A DNA stretch of 64,000 nucleotides from an uncultured delta proteobacterium (GCA_963802945.1 CAWDKY010000033.1:32001-96000); one strand, 5' to 3'; numbered from the stretch's first letter, positions 41,624 through 52,193 are shown. The notes: a model not told the origin generated them from the sequence alone. Made by a program: numbers and translations.

Positions 41624-43999
41624 ATGGAAGTAAATCATCCCCTGCGTCTATTGATTGTTGAAGATGTTCCCTCGGATATGGAACTGGCCGAGCGGGAACT
41701 CCGCAGCAACGGAATTCAGTTTACGTCCCAGAGGGTGGATACGAAAGAGAGATTCCTCAAGGCATTAGAGGAATTTCAGCCCCACCTGATTCTTTCGGAC
41801 TACGCGATGCCGGAATTCGACGGCATGCAGGCCTTGAAGTTGTCCTTGGAACAAGACCCCAAACGGCCCTTTATTATTCTCACCGGTTCCATGAACGAGG
41901 AAACGGCCGTGGCCTGCCTGAAGGCCGGGGCAATGGATTATGTCATTAAAAATCACCTGGCGAGACTGCCCTTTGCAGTCAGAGAGGCGTTGGAAAACAA
42001 GAAACTCATTGCCGAGCGCAAGCGGGCGGAAGAGGCGCTGAAGGAGAGCGAGAAACGTTATCGTTCCGTCGCTCGATTAAGTTCAGAATTTGCTTATTCC
42101 TGTATCCACACCGGCGATGCTGGTTATGAGGTAGATTGGATCACGGATGCGTTTTTTACCCTCACGGGTTATTCGGAAGCCGAACTGCATGAGCAGAGAT
42201 GCTGGTTATTCGTATCGCATCCGGATGATCTTGAAATGGCGAGAAAACCTTTACACGAATTGAAAGCCGGCGAATTAGATATCAGAGAATTCCGCATTAT
42301 AACTAAAGGCGGGCAGGTTCGATACATTATCAACCACATGGAATGCGAAGCAGATCCGGAAGCGCCTGGTGGCCTGCGGCTTTTTGGCGCTGTTCAAAAC
42401 ATCACGCATCGTAAGTGGACGGAAGAGAGACAAATACTGTTCCTCAAGATACTGGATACCCTGAACCAGACGAAAGAAAAGGGTGATCTGATTCGGAAAA
42501 TTTTTTATCTCTTAAAGGATCATACCGGTATAGAAGCCGTCGGCATCCGCCTCCGTGAAGGGGAAGACTTCCCTTACTATGAAACGAACGGCTTTCCCAT
42601 GAACTTTGTAGCAGCGGAAAGGTTTTTGTGCGCCCGCAACCCGGACGGCCAAATCATCCGAGATGCCCAGGGCAACTCTTATCTGGAGTGTATGTGCGGG
42701 AACGTCATCTGCGGAAGGACCGATCCTTCCCTCCCGTTTTTCACCGAGAACGGAAGTTTCTGGACCAACAGCACATCACAGCTTTTGGCAGTCACCTCGG
42801 AAAAAGACCTTCAGGCGAAGACAAGAGAGCGTTTCCGCCAAGAGAGGTATGAATCGGTTGCCCTTATCCCTCTACGTTCAGAAAATGAAATCATCGGACT
42901 TTTACAACTGAATGATAAGAAACCAAACCAATTCTCCCTGGATGGAATTAAATTCTTTGAGGGGATCGGCGCTTCCATCGGGATAGCCCTGGCCCGGAAG
43001 CAGGCTGAAGAGGCGCTACAAGAGAGCGAGGGAAAATACCGCAACATTTTCGAAAATGCCCTTGAAGGTATATTCCAGACGACCACCGAGGGACGTTTTC
43101 TTACAGTCAATCCGGCCCTGGCCCGCATGTACGGTTACGACTCTCCGGAAGAGTTGATAAACTCCATCACTGATCTTGAAGGACAGATTTATGTCAACCC
43201 GGAGAAGCGCAGGGAATATATCCGGAACTTGGAAGAAAAGGGCGAGGTCAAAGGATTCGAAGTGCAAATGAGACGAAAAGACGGGACACCCTTCTGGGTT
43301 TCCAATAACGGCCGTACCGTGCGGGATTTAACAGGAAAGATTTTGTACTATGAAGGGATTTCGGAAGAAATCACCCAACGCTTGGAATCTGAGAGGAAAC
43401 TCAAAGAGAGCGTGGGGAACCTTCGAAAGGCCATGGGCGGGATCATTCAAGTCCTTTCAGGTACTGTGGAGATCAGGGACCCCTATACCGCCGGCCATCA
43501 GCGGCGGGTTGCTGATCTGGCCCGAACTATCGCCCAGGAGATGGGATTGGCCGATGAGCAGCGGGAAGGGCTACGCATGGCCGGGATTATCCATGATCTG
43601 GGCAAGGTCTCCGTCCCGGCTGAGATTTTAACCAAACCCACCAAGCTGTCAGATATCGAATACAAACTGATCCAGGCCCATCCCCAGATAGGGTATGACA
43701 TCCTTAAAGAGATAGAATTCCCATGGCCCATCGCCGATACGGTCCTTCAACACCATGAACGGCTGAATGGTTCGGGGTATCCCCGGGGGCTCAAGGGAGA
43801 AGCAATCTCCCTGGAAGCGCGGATCCTTATGGTGGCCGATGTGGTTGAGGCCATGGCCTCCTACCGTCCCTACCGGCCTGGTTTGGGAGTTGACGCCGCT
43901 CTGGAGGAGATCGAGAAGAACAAAGGAATCCTCTATGACCCGGAGGTAGTGGAGGTGTGTCTGACTTTGTTCAAGGAGAAAAGATTAAGGTTTGAGTAA
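41624..43999 (+). CDS. REC-PAS-GAF-PAS-HD-GYP c-di-GMP phosphodiesterase
   Basis: LSDYAMP receiver; RDPYTAGH, HDLGK, HHERLNGSGYP, VADVVEAM. Confidence 0.93.
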   Translation: MEVNHPLRLLIVEDVPSDMELAERELRSNGIQFTSQRVDTKERFLKALEEFQPHLILSDYAMPEFDGMQALKLSLEQDPKRPFIILTGSMNEETAVACLKAGAMDYVIKNHLARLPFAVREALENKKLIAERKRAEEALKESEKRYRSVARLSSEFAYSCIHTGDAGYEVDWITDAFFTLTGYSEAELHEQRCWLFVSHPDDLEMARKPLHELKAGELDIREFRIITKGGQVRYIINHMECEADPEAPGGLRLFGAVQNITHRKWTEERQILFLKILDTLNQTKEKGDLIRKIFYLLKDHTGIEAVGIRLREGEDFPYYETNGFPMNFVAAERFLCARNPDGQIIRDAQGNSYLECMCGNVICGRTDPSLPFFTENGSFWTNSTSQLLAVTSEKDLQAKTRERFRQERYESVALIPLRSENEIIGLLQLNDKKPNQFSLDGIKFFEGIGASIGIALARKQAEEALQESEGKYRNIFENALEGIFQTTTEGRFLTVNPALARMYGYDSPEELINSITDLEGQIYVNPEKRREYIRNLEEKGEVKGFEVQMRRKDGTPFWVSNNGRTVRDLTGKILYYEGISEEITQRLESERKLKESVGNLRKAMGGIIQVLSGTVEIRDPYTAGHQRRVADLARTIAQEMGLADEQREGLRMAGIIHDLGKVSVPAEILTKPTKLSDIEYKLIQAHPQIGYDILKEIEFPWPIADTVLQHHERLNGSGYPRGLKGEAISLEARILMVADVVEAMASYRPYRPGLGVDAALEEIEKNKGILYDPEVVEVCLTLFKEKRLRFE

Positions 44000-44062
44000 T
44001 TTTGAATTGCGGATTTCGTATTGCGGAATGAAAAACCAGAGGCTTTGAGGGTCAGATTTATT

Positions 44063-45689
44063 GGGTCTGTTGCTTAAAATATAATTTATAAATCGCAAGA
44101 ATAAATAATAACTGGCTTGGGAAGATAGCCGAGAGGAAATCCTCCCCAAAAACAATTGGCCAGACGGATTAATGGCCTTTTCGGATTTGTTTTCTGGTTC
44201 CTATTGGCCCCTGCCGGCCTTTGTTCTTTGACATGACGTATAAGGATTAGGATATTCTGAATGGAAGCCGTCAGGTATTCCTGAATCTGGACTCTCCAAA
44301 GATTTCTCCACCTGGCCCGTTTAAATCCATAACGGGTAGCTTGGGCAAAACTTCGTTCCATAAGATGCTGGCGCAGATGAAGATTCTTTTTAGAATCGGA
44401 GGACCCAGCCTTAGCTCTCATCTGGGTAAGATCTTCATGCCGGAGATGCCGATTGATGGATCGGCTGGTTCGGGAACGGGTACATTGGTCTTTAAGCGGA
44501 CAAGACCGAAAAACCTTTCGAGCACATACATAATCTACGGACCGGCGTTGGGTATGATAGCGTCGAAGTGCTAAGCACTGCCCGGCAGGACATTGGTAGG
44601 TGTCGGTCTGGGGGTCATAAACAAAGGCCTCCTCAGGAAAGATACCCGCTCGACTGCCGGATTTTTCCTGTTGTCCTTTAAGATCGGGAATATGGGCGGC
44701 TATTTGAAGATCATGGCAGTGCAGGAAGTTTTCAACCGTCCCATACTTGCTGTCGGCTACCACCGTCTCGACGGCCTTTTCCGTGTTCTCCTGATGCTGC
44801 TCTATCAAGATCGGTAAGCGATGAGCTTCATTGACCTGTCCCGGAGTGACTTCGGTAGCTGTAATCACTTCCGCTTGGCCATCCACGGCTCGGTGCACCT
44901 TGTAGCTCAACTTGGGATTTCCTCTTCCTTGACGGATCACTGAGGCTTCCGGATCGGTCGTAGAGATATAGCGCCGGTTGACTTCTCCCGACAGGGGTTC
45001 CTCAGACGGTTGCTCCTCTAACCGGGCTTCCATCTCTTGATAACTTTGGTTCAGATAGCGTTTCAAGGACTCCCGATTCACCACCGAATCATTGGCCGCA
45101 TCGGCCTGAACCAGACTGGAATCCATAAAAAGTTTGGCACCATCGACCAATCCCGCCTCCACACATTGCCAGACGATTCGTTCAAAAAAATATTTGAAGG
45201 CCTCTACCCCCCAACGGCTCCGGGCCTTACTCAAAACACTGTGATTCGGAATCTCATCGTCCAGGTCATAGCCCAAAAACCACAGCCAGTCTAAACGCTC
45301 AGGAATAGTAGTCATGAGTTCCCGTTCCGATCGCACATTATACAGAATCAACAAAAGCATCAGTTTGAGAATAACCGGCGGAGGCACAGAAACATTACCC
45401 TTCATCCCATAGCTTTCTTTAACTTCATTATAAATAAAATCAAAGTCTATGAGTTCGGCAATCTTTCTAAGGGGATGATCTGGTCGTACTCTTTGTTCAA
45501 GGTGAAAGCCATAGTAAAATAACTTTCCCTGATTCTCTTTGGATTCATAACCCATCATGATGGAAAACCTCTTGATTAAAGATGGGCTTATTATATCATA
45601 ATAATTAAATATATCAAGTAGTTATTTTAATTTTATCGCAATTTTTTTAACTTAAATCGTGGCTAACTGAGGATTTGGGCAACAGACCC
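44063..45689 (-). mobile_element. IS1182-family insertion sequence
   Basis: TIR GGGTCTGTTGC at both ends; 4-bp target duplication TATT (44059-44062 and 45690-45693). Confidence 0.88.
44086..45558 (-). CDS. IS1182-family DDE transposase
   Basis: DHPLR..G..SVPP..SEREL..PNHS; STTDPEA; ADSKYG; YQCPAG; ERSFA. Confidence 0.92.
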   Translation of the reverse strand: MMGYESKENQGKLFYYGFHLEQRVRPDHPLRKIAELIDFDFIYNEVKESYGMKGNVSVPPPVILKLMLLLILYNVRSERELMTTIPERLDWLWFLGYDLDDEIPNHSVLSKARSRWGVEAFKYFFERIVWQCVEAGLVDGAKLFMDSSLVQADAANDSVVNRESLKRYLNQSYQEMEARLEEQPSEEPLSGEVNRRYISTTDPEASVIRQGRGNPKLSYKVHRAVDGQAEVITATEVTPGQVNEAHRLPILIEQHQENTEKAVETVVADSKYGTVENFLHCHDLQIAAHIPDLKGQQEKSGSRAGIFPEEAFVYDPQTDTYQCPAGQCLALRRYHTQRRSVDYVCARKVFRSCPLKDQCTRSRTSRSINRHLRHEDLTQMRAKAGSSDSKKNLHLRQHLMERSFAQATRYGFKRARWRNLWRVQIQEYLTASIQNILILIRHVKEQRPAGANRNQKTNPKRPLIRLANCFWGGFPLGYLPKPVIIYSCDL

Positions 45690-45815
45690 TATTTTCTTTG
45701 CATTCTGTTTTTTGTATTCTAACATATCCTCAAAAAAACAAAAAGCCCTGTCTTACTTTAACAGGCAGGGCTTCAAACTTGATGGCTTCGTAGAAGTCCA
45801 TCACCTTCCCATTTT

Positions 45816-47294
45816 TTATTCCTCAACCTGCCAGATGGTCCCCCGGGGAGAATCTTGAATAAGGATATTCATTCCTATAAGTTGTTTTCGCAGGTCATCG
45901 GCTTTGACCCAATCCTTTTCTTTCCGGGCCTGGTTCCGTTCGGCAATAAGCCCCTCAATAGCTTCGGCCGATAAACCTTTCTTTTCCAAAAGCCTTATTT
46001 GTTCCTGTTCTAAAAAGGCTTGAGGTGGCAGAGTCAGGATACCCAGGATTTGGCCGTATTGTTTGAACAGACCGGCGGCCTGTTCAAATGGATCTGCAAG
46101 ACCTTTTATTTCTTTTGGACGCACCGTATCCATGATCCGATTGAGCTGCCTGGCCAGTTCATACATGTGTCCAATGGCCTGGGCGGTATTAAAATCATCA
46201 TCCATGGCCCCTTCAAAATTTTCTCTGAATCGATCGACTACGTCTTTGGTTTCCTGAACCAACTCCGGGGTCAGAGCTTGATGGCCTTTCATCTGCAGGC
46301 GGTTTTCAGGATGGTCCAAATCGTTGAGTAGGGTATAAAGTCGGCGAAGACCCGTTTGGGCTTCCTGCATGGCCTGGTCTGAATAATCCAACGGGGAGCG
46401 ATACTGGTGTGAAAGCAAGATAAGTCTTATCACTTCTGGATGGAATCGACTGACCATTTCCTGGATAGTTAAAAAATTACCCAGGGACTTGGACATCTTG
46501 TCACCCTGAATGGTCACAAAACCGTTGTGGACCCAATAGCGGGCCAGGGGTTTTCCGGAAACGGCCATGGACTGAGCCAGCTCGTTTTCATGATGAGGGA
46601 AGATGAGGTCCTTCCCGCCGCCGTGAATATCAAAGGTCTCCCCCAGGTAACAGGAACTCATGGCCGAGCATTCGATATGCCAGCCCGGCCGGCCCGGCCC
46701 CCAGGGGCTGTCCCAAACCGGCTCGCCGGGTTTTCCTTTTTTCCACAGGGCAAAATCCATGGGATGGTGTTTTCGGGGATCCACCTCGATCCTGGCCCCG
46801 GCCTGCATCTCCTCCAGACTCCGGTTAGAAAGAGCCCCATAAGCCGGAAACTTCTCTACGGCAAAATAGACATCGCCATCTACGACATAGGCCACCTTTT
46901 GATCAATGAGCTTCTGCACCAGGCTGATGATTTCCTTCATATGCAGGGTCGCTCTGGGTTCGACGTCCGGACTCAACACCCCCAAGGCCTTCATGTCCTC
47001 TTCAAATGCTTTGATAAACTTATCGGCCAGCGTTTTGGGATCCTCTTTTTCCTCTTGGGCCCGGTTAATGATTTTATCGTCGATGTCGGTAAAATTGCGC
47101 ACATAGGTTACCTGAAAACCCTTTAACCGTAAGTATCGAACCATAACGTCAAAAACAATCATGGACCGGGCATGCCCGATATGACAGCTGTCATAAACCG
47201 TAACCCCGCAGACATAAATACCCACCTTGGGAGGATTCAAAGGGACAAAAAGTTCTTTTTGCTTAGATTGGGAATTATAGATACGAAGGGACAT
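45816..47294 (-). CDS. cysS: Cysteine-tRNA ligase
   Basis: CGVTVYD..HIGH, GWHIECSAM, KMSKS. Confidence 0.98.
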   Translation of the reverse strand: MSLRIYNSQSKQKELFVPLNPPKVGIYVCGVTVYDSCHIGHARSMIVFDVMVRYLRLKGFQVTYVRNFTDIDDKIINRAQEEKEDPKTLADKFIKAFEEDMKALGVLSPDVEPRATLHMKEIISLVQKLIDQKVAYVVDGDVYFAVEKFPAYGALSNRSLEEMQAGARIEVDPRKHHPMDFALWKKGKPGEPVWDSPWGPGRPGWHIECSAMSSCYLGETFDIHGGGKDLIFPHHENELAQSMAVSGKPLARYWVHNGFVTIQGDKMSKSLGNFLTIQEMVSRFHPEVIRLILLSHQYRSPLDYSDQAMQEAQTGLRRLYTLLNDLDHPENRLQMKGHQALTPELVQETKDVVDRFRENFEGAMDDDFNTAQAIGHMYELARQLNRIMDTVRPKEIKGLADPFEQAAGLFKQYGQILGILTLPPQAFLEQEQIRLLEKKGLSAEAIEGLIAERNQARKEKDWVKADDLRKQLIGMNILIQDSPRGTIWQVEE

Positions 47295-47444
47295 TTCAAG
47301 AAGGCTCCAATGTCTAATTAATTTCTTGATTCTGGATAAAAACGAAAAGCGATACTCGATTAAACTGCCGATACTGGATACTTGATACTGGATGCTGGAT
47401 TGGTTTTATCCAGAATCAAGCATCATTTCAAAGTTGGTTAGGCC

Positions 47445-47933
47445 TTATTCGTCTTTAAATAAAAGGGCCAGGGCATAAGCCGCAATCCCTTCCTGGCGGC
47501 CGGTAAACCCCAGTCCTTCCTCAGTCGTGGCTTTGACACTGATCTGTTCAACAGAAACTTTCAATGTGGCCGCTAATACAGCCTGCATCTTTTTAATATA
47601 GGGTGTCAACTTGGGCTCCTGGGCCACCACCGTGCTATCCACGTTTCCGATCTTATATCCTTTTTGCTGGATCAGGGCGCCAATGCTCTCCAGAAGCCGC
47701 AAACTGGATATCCCTTTATACTGAGGATCAGAATCCGGGAAAAGACGGCCCAAGTCCCCCAGAGCCGCAGCCCCTAAAAGGGCGTCCCCAAGGGCATGGC
47801 TTAAAACATCGGCATCCGAGTGACCGGTCAGGCCTTGATGAAAGGGAATCTCAACCCCGCCTAAAATCAAGGGTCTTCCCGGGACTAAACGATGGACATC
47901 ATAGCCCAGGCCCATACGGAAATCTGGCATCAT
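47445..47933 (-). CDS. ispF: 2-C-methyl-D-erythritol 2,4-cyclodiphosphate synthase
   Basis: [22 protein letters not shown]. Confidence 0.97.
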   Translation of the reverse strand: MMPDFRMGLGYDVHRLVPGRPLILGGVEIPFHQGLTGHSDADVLSHALGDALLGAAALGDLGRLFPDSDPQYKGISSLRLLESIGALIQQKGYKIGNVDSTVVAQEPKLTPYIKKMQAVLAATLKVSVEQISVKATTEEGLGFTGRQEGIAAYALALLFKDE

Positions 47934-48626
47934 TTTTCTTTTTTCATGCTGGAAAAGAGGGATTCAGCCAAGGCCAAATCCTCCGGAGTGGTAATTTTAA
48001 TATTGGTGTAATCGCCCATAATCAGGGTGATCGGGTGTCCTATCCGTTCCACTAAATAAGGCATCGTCCGTACCCTGGATATCGTTTTGTTGGGCCTCTT
48101 GATAGGCCTTCATAAGCAGAGGGAATTGAAAGGTTTGAGGAGTTTGAGCCAGCCAGATTTCTTCCCGGGGGAGGGTCTGAACCTTTTCCCCGTTAATCGC
48201 TCTTTTGACCGTATCCCTGGGCAAAACGGCCACTACGGCCGCCCCGTTTTTTTGAGCTTCTTCAATTCCTTGGGCGATCAGCTGTTGACTGATAAAAGGA
48301 CGAACTCCGTCATGGACGACGACGATTGAACATTCGGAACGAATGGCCTTAAGACCGTTCCAGACCGACTGTTGACGGATCTTTCCGCCCTGGACCAATT
48401 TAAAGACCTTTTTAAACTGATACTTTTCAACAATATCCGTTTGAACCATATCCATATGGTCTTCGGGAACAATGATATAGATCCCGTCTATAGCCGTACA
48501 CTCTTCAAAGACCTGCAGGGTCTGGGCCAAAATCGGCTTGCCGCCCAAGCAGAGGTATTGTTTGGGGGTCGAAGATTGCATGCGTTGGCCTTTCCCGGCC
48601 GCGGTAATCAGGGCGATGGTTTTCAA
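47930..48626 (-). CDS. ispD: MEP cytidylyltransferase; one extra base near 48058
   Basis: [26 protein letters not shown]. The shifted frame continues [10 protein letters not shown] to a TGA overlapping the ispF start. Confidence 0.92.
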
Positions 48627-48647
48627 GAATAGTCCTCACCTCTTAAA

Positions 48648-48770
48648 AGGTTGCTGAAAAAGGCCCATCTACTGCGTTGCCCTTATTCCTCGTCATTGCA
48701 ACGTACTTCTTTGTACGTCTCATTCCTCGGAATTTCGGGCGCCTTGTATTTGGACCTTTTTGAGCAACCT
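48648..48770. mobile_element. MITE (IS5/IS1182-like ends)
   Basis: AGGTTGCTGAAAAAGG / CCTTTTTGAGCAACCT, 15/16 inverted match. Confidence 0.7.
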
Positions 48771-48897
48771 GTATAACTTGAATTTTTCCGCATTCTGTGA
48801 AGGATTCCAGTATTCCAAGGTTATGAGGTTTTCACTTCCAGGCCTTTCACTTGAACCCTTGACCACTTAAATCCTTGAACCCTTTTATCTTAATCGT

Positions 48898-49267
48898 GAA
48901 AGTGGATGGTAAGCCGAGTTCTGTTTCCCCGCCGCAAGGCGCGGACAATGATCATTCATCTAAGGATCGGGATTGCTCCCGGCCTCAAGCGACCAACCCG
49001 AGGGTATGGGGCGGGCCACCTCTTTCACCCTCCTATTTGGTCTTGCTCCGGATGGGGTTTACCAAGCTACCCCGGTCACCCGGGATACTGGTGGGCTCTT
49101 ACCCCGCCATTTACCCTTACTACGCCCATGGCGTAGCGGTATCTTTTCTGTGGCACTTTCCTTCTCGTCACCGAGACTGGGCGTTACCCAGCATCCTGCC
49201 CTTTGGAGCTCGGACTTTCCTCCCGCCATACCGCAGGCATGACGAGCGATCATTTAATCCACTTCCA
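48898..49267 (-). ncRNA. rnpB: RNase P RNA (type A)
   Basis: Minus strand GAGGAAAGTCCGAGCTCC ... ACAGAACTCGGCTTA; the P1 ends pair. Confidence 0.95.
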
Positions 49268-49372
49268 CGAAACAGTGAAAAGCAGATAGTGAATAGATGC
49301 TAGTGAAACAAAAAATCTTTTAAGTCTTTACGATCAGACATCGACTTCCGACTATCACCTATTTCCTACTCA

Positions 49373-49806
49373 CTATTCACTGAATTTTCTAATGGCCTCA
49401 TTGGCCATTCGATCGGCTTCCCGGTTCTCTTCTCTGGGTATATGGATAATATCATACTTCAGAATTTCAACAAAAGATCTCGAACTTGATAAAAATAAAT
49501 TTTTAGCCTTTGATTCTTAACTCGGTAATCCCCGTTTAATTGACGAACCAAAAGTTCTGAATCCATATAGATCCGGATGAATTGAACACCACAGGACAGG
49601 GCCTGTTGAAGTCCCAGGACCAGGGCTTGATATTCGGCCTCGTTATTGGTGGCCTGTCCTAAAAATTTACATTCCTTAAACGAATCGGAATGTTGATCGC
49701 TGGTCAACATCCACCCGGCCCCGGCCGGCCCCGGATTTCCTTTGGAAGCTCCATCGGTAAAAAGTTGCCAGACCACGGGATTGGTTTTATTCTTTTTCGA
49801 CGGCAA
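49373..49806 (-). CDS. rnhA: Ribonuclease HI (archaeal-type); one base missing near 49461
   Basis: TDGASKGNPG, TNNEAEY, DSELLVRQ; the shifted frame gives HIPREENREADRMAN. Confidence 0.88.
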
Positions 49807-49809
49807 AAA

Positions 49810-50535
49810 TTAGTCCTCTTGGTTTCCAATCGTATTTGCCAGGTGAAGAATTCGAAGACAACTGGGACAAGTAATAATTCGATCCCCTCGATGCAGCTCA
49901 TTAAACAGCTGAGGCGGGATATGCATATGACAACCCAGACAGGTCGCATCCTTGACTTTTGCTACGGCCACCCCTCTTAATCGCTCTTTTAAAAATTCAT
50001 ATTGTTTTAAAAGAGCGGAGTCCACACGGGAGCTCAGCTCTTTCCTCTTTTGATTCAGTTCCAAGAGTTCTTTCTCAGACTCCTGGCGTTCTTTCTCCAA
50101 CCGATCTTTATTCAGTTTTCCTTCAGCTATTTTGGCTTCAACGGTTTTTTTCAAGGCTTTTTCTTTCTGAATGCCTTCTTCCAGCTTTTCCATGAATTCC
50201 AACAAAAGATCTTCCTTGCCGGTCTTGCCCTTTTTTAATTCATCGGTCTCGGTCAGCATGGCCTTATATTCCTTGTTGGTTTTGACTTCCATTAATTTGA
50301 CCTGGCTCTTTTTGATCTTTTGATCATATTCTTCAATTTCCCGCTCCAGGGTTTTCCTTTGTTTTTTTAAGTCTTCCATTTCCCGGATAAAAACCTGAAA
50401 GGTTTCCTGGACTTGTTCGATTTCCTGGTCGACTTGTCTTATTTTCTTTGGATTTTCCTCTGAAGTGAAAAGCAGATGCTGAATGGATTTATCTAATTGC
50501 TGCAATTGGATCAAATAGGTTAATTGTTCTCTCAT
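49810..50535 (-). CDS. Coiled-coil protein with C4 zinc ribbon (DUF164/CT398-like)
   Basis: LQQLD, coiled coil, CLGCH..CPSCLRIL. Confidence 0.9.
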   Translation of the reverse strand: MREQLTYLIQLQQLDKSIQHLLFTSEENPKKIRQVDQEIEQVQETFQVFIREMEDLKKQRKTLEREIEEYDQKIKKSQVKLMEVKTNKEYKAMLTETDELKKGKTGKEDLLLEFMEKLEEGIQKEKALKKTVEAKIAEGKLNKDRLEKERQESEKELLELNQKRKELSSRVDSALLKQYEFLKERLRGVAVAKVKDATCLGCHMHIPPQLFNELHRGDRIITCPSCLRILHLANTIGNQED

Positions 50536-50747
50536 CGTTTCTCCAAAATTATAAATATTAGTGGCCGAGGATTCAAGGGGTCAAGGGACCAAGGATTCAA
50601 TGGGAAGGCAAGGAAGTTAAACCCCTTGAACCCCTGAATCCTCCTAAGCTCGTCGCAGGTCCTTGAATCCTATTTTCTTATTAAACCCTCACGCCTCAAG
50701 GAGGCACCACGTAAGGATGAAAATTTTGCTTTACCATGTAATAGTGT

Positions 50748-50824
50748 GTCATTCCGGCGAAAGCCGGAATCCAGACAAATTAAAGCATTAAATGCCCTGG
50801 ATGCCGGATCAAGTCCGGCATGAC
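50748..50824. repeat. REP-like palindrome pair
   Basis: GTCATTCCGGCGAAAGCCGGAATCCAG ... CTGGATGCCGGATCAAGTCCGGCATGAC. Confidence 0.8.
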
Positions 50825-50868
50825 GGAGAACAGACCCCCCATAGGTATAATTCGGGGTTATTTTTGTT

Positions 50869-51987
50869 TTAAAAATACTGTACATACGGATCACCTGGTT
50901 GAACATCTTCCAGGACATCGATCTCCCAATCCTCAGCCTGGTTTGCTTCCCTCAAAGCCTGCGCCAGCACTGGGATCACCCATTTTTCCGACGAATAATG
51001 ACCGACCTCCACCAGCGTCAATGCCTGCCCCTGATGAGAAACCGTCGGGTGATACCCGATCTCTCCACAGATAAAAACCTGCGCCCCGGTCGACAGGGCC
51101 TCTGAAATCATTTTACTTCCCGACCCTCCACAAACAGCTGCCTTGTGAATGGTTTCGGGAATCGGTCCACTGACCCGCACGGAAGGGGCCTCTACCTCCT
51201 GTTTTAAACGATGGATTAAGGTCTCCCAGGAAATGGCAGGATCAAAATTGCCCAACCTGCCCAGGCCTACATCGTCCGAAGGGTTTTCCACCGGATAGAC
51301 ATCATAAGCCATGTCTTCATAAGGATGGGCCCGGCGAATCTTCTCCACCAGATCATCTACCTGAACTCTCCGGGCCAAAACTTCCAAACGCCATTCCGAG
51401 ACCCGTTCGATTCGGCCGATTTCTCCAACAAAAGGATGACTGCCCGCTTGCGGAATAAAGGTCCCTTCTCCCCGGCTCTTAAAGGTACATAAGCGGTATG
51501 AACCTATTTGACCCGCTTCTGCCTCATCCAAAACCCGAGTAATTTTTTCTTCGTATCCAATAGGAATAAAAACGATTAGTTTGACTGAATCAGACAAACG
51601 CTTTTCGAGAGGGACAAGATCGCTTAAACCCAGACGGCAGGCCAGGGCCGTACTGACCCCATCCGGAGCAGCATCCAGATTGGTATGAGCTGCCAGGAGG
51701 GCAATTTCTGCTTTAGCCATCTGTAAAGCGGTCCGGCCGGGTTCTTGATTGCTTTTCAGAGAATCGACGGGTTGGAAAAAAAGGGGGTGGTGGCAGATCA
51801 TCAAGTGCAGATCCTTTTGAACAGCCCAGGAAACGGAACGTGGAGTTGCCTCTAAAGAGATTCCGATCCGCTTTACCTCTTGTTCCGGATCCCCCAATTG
51901 GAGACCGATTCGATCCCAATCTTCGGCCCAACTCACCGGGAAACGGGCCTCCATCCATTTTTGAATTTCCCTGACCTTAACCGGCAT
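50869..51987 (-). CDS. Nif3/YbgI-family dinuclear metal protein with PII-like insert
   Basis: AEDWDRIGL, HHPLFF, AHTNLD, HPYE, CGGSG, GHYSSE. Confidence 0.92.
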   Translation of the reverse strand: MPVKVREIQKWMEARFPVSWAEDWDRIGLQLGDPEQEVKRIGISLEATPRSVSWAVQKDLHLMICHHPLFFQPVDSLKSNQEPGRTALQMAKAEIALLAAHTNLDAAPDGVSTALACRLGLSDLVPLEKRLSDSVKLIVFIPIGYEEKITRVLDEAEAGQIGSYRLCTFKSRGEGTFIPQAGSHPFVGEIGRIERVSEWRLEVLARRVQVDDLVEKIRRAHPYEDMAYDVYPVENPSDDVGLGRLGNFDPAISWETLIHRLKQEVEAPSVRVSGPIPETIHKAAVCGGSGSKMISEALSTGAQVFICGEIGYHPTVSHQGQALTLVEVGHYSSEKWVIPVLAQALREANQAEDWEIDVLEDVQPGDPYVQYF

Positions 51988-51995
51988 GATTAACA

Positions 51996-52032
51996 AAAAA
52001 AGGGTGCAGTCCCTTCGGGTGCACCCTTTTTT
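51996..52032. terminator. Intrinsic terminator after tRNA
   Basis: AAAAAAGGGTGCA...TGCACCCTTTTTT. Confidence 0.7.
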
Positions 52033-52117
52033 CACCTCCAACTATGGGGAGTTTGATTGTTAAAACCTTTTTAAGTTTCATAATAACAAGGCAGACCTTC
52101 GGCCTAAGCAGTTGATC

Positions 52118-52193
52118 TGGTGGGCCCACCTGGCCTCGAACCAGGGACCTTCCGGTTATGAGCCGGTGGCTCTTCCAACTGAGCTATGGGCCC
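52118..52193 (-). tRNA. tRNA with CAT anticodon, most likely tRNA-Ile2
   Basis: GGGCCCATAGCTCAG...CTCATAA...CCA; paired G1-C72 and no initiator GGG/CCC anticodon stem; lies after rpoD. Confidence 0.9.

Noticed and set aside
52118-52193. Initiator tRNA-fMet
   Set aside because: Position 1-72 is paired and the three consecutive G-C anticodon-stem pairs are absent.
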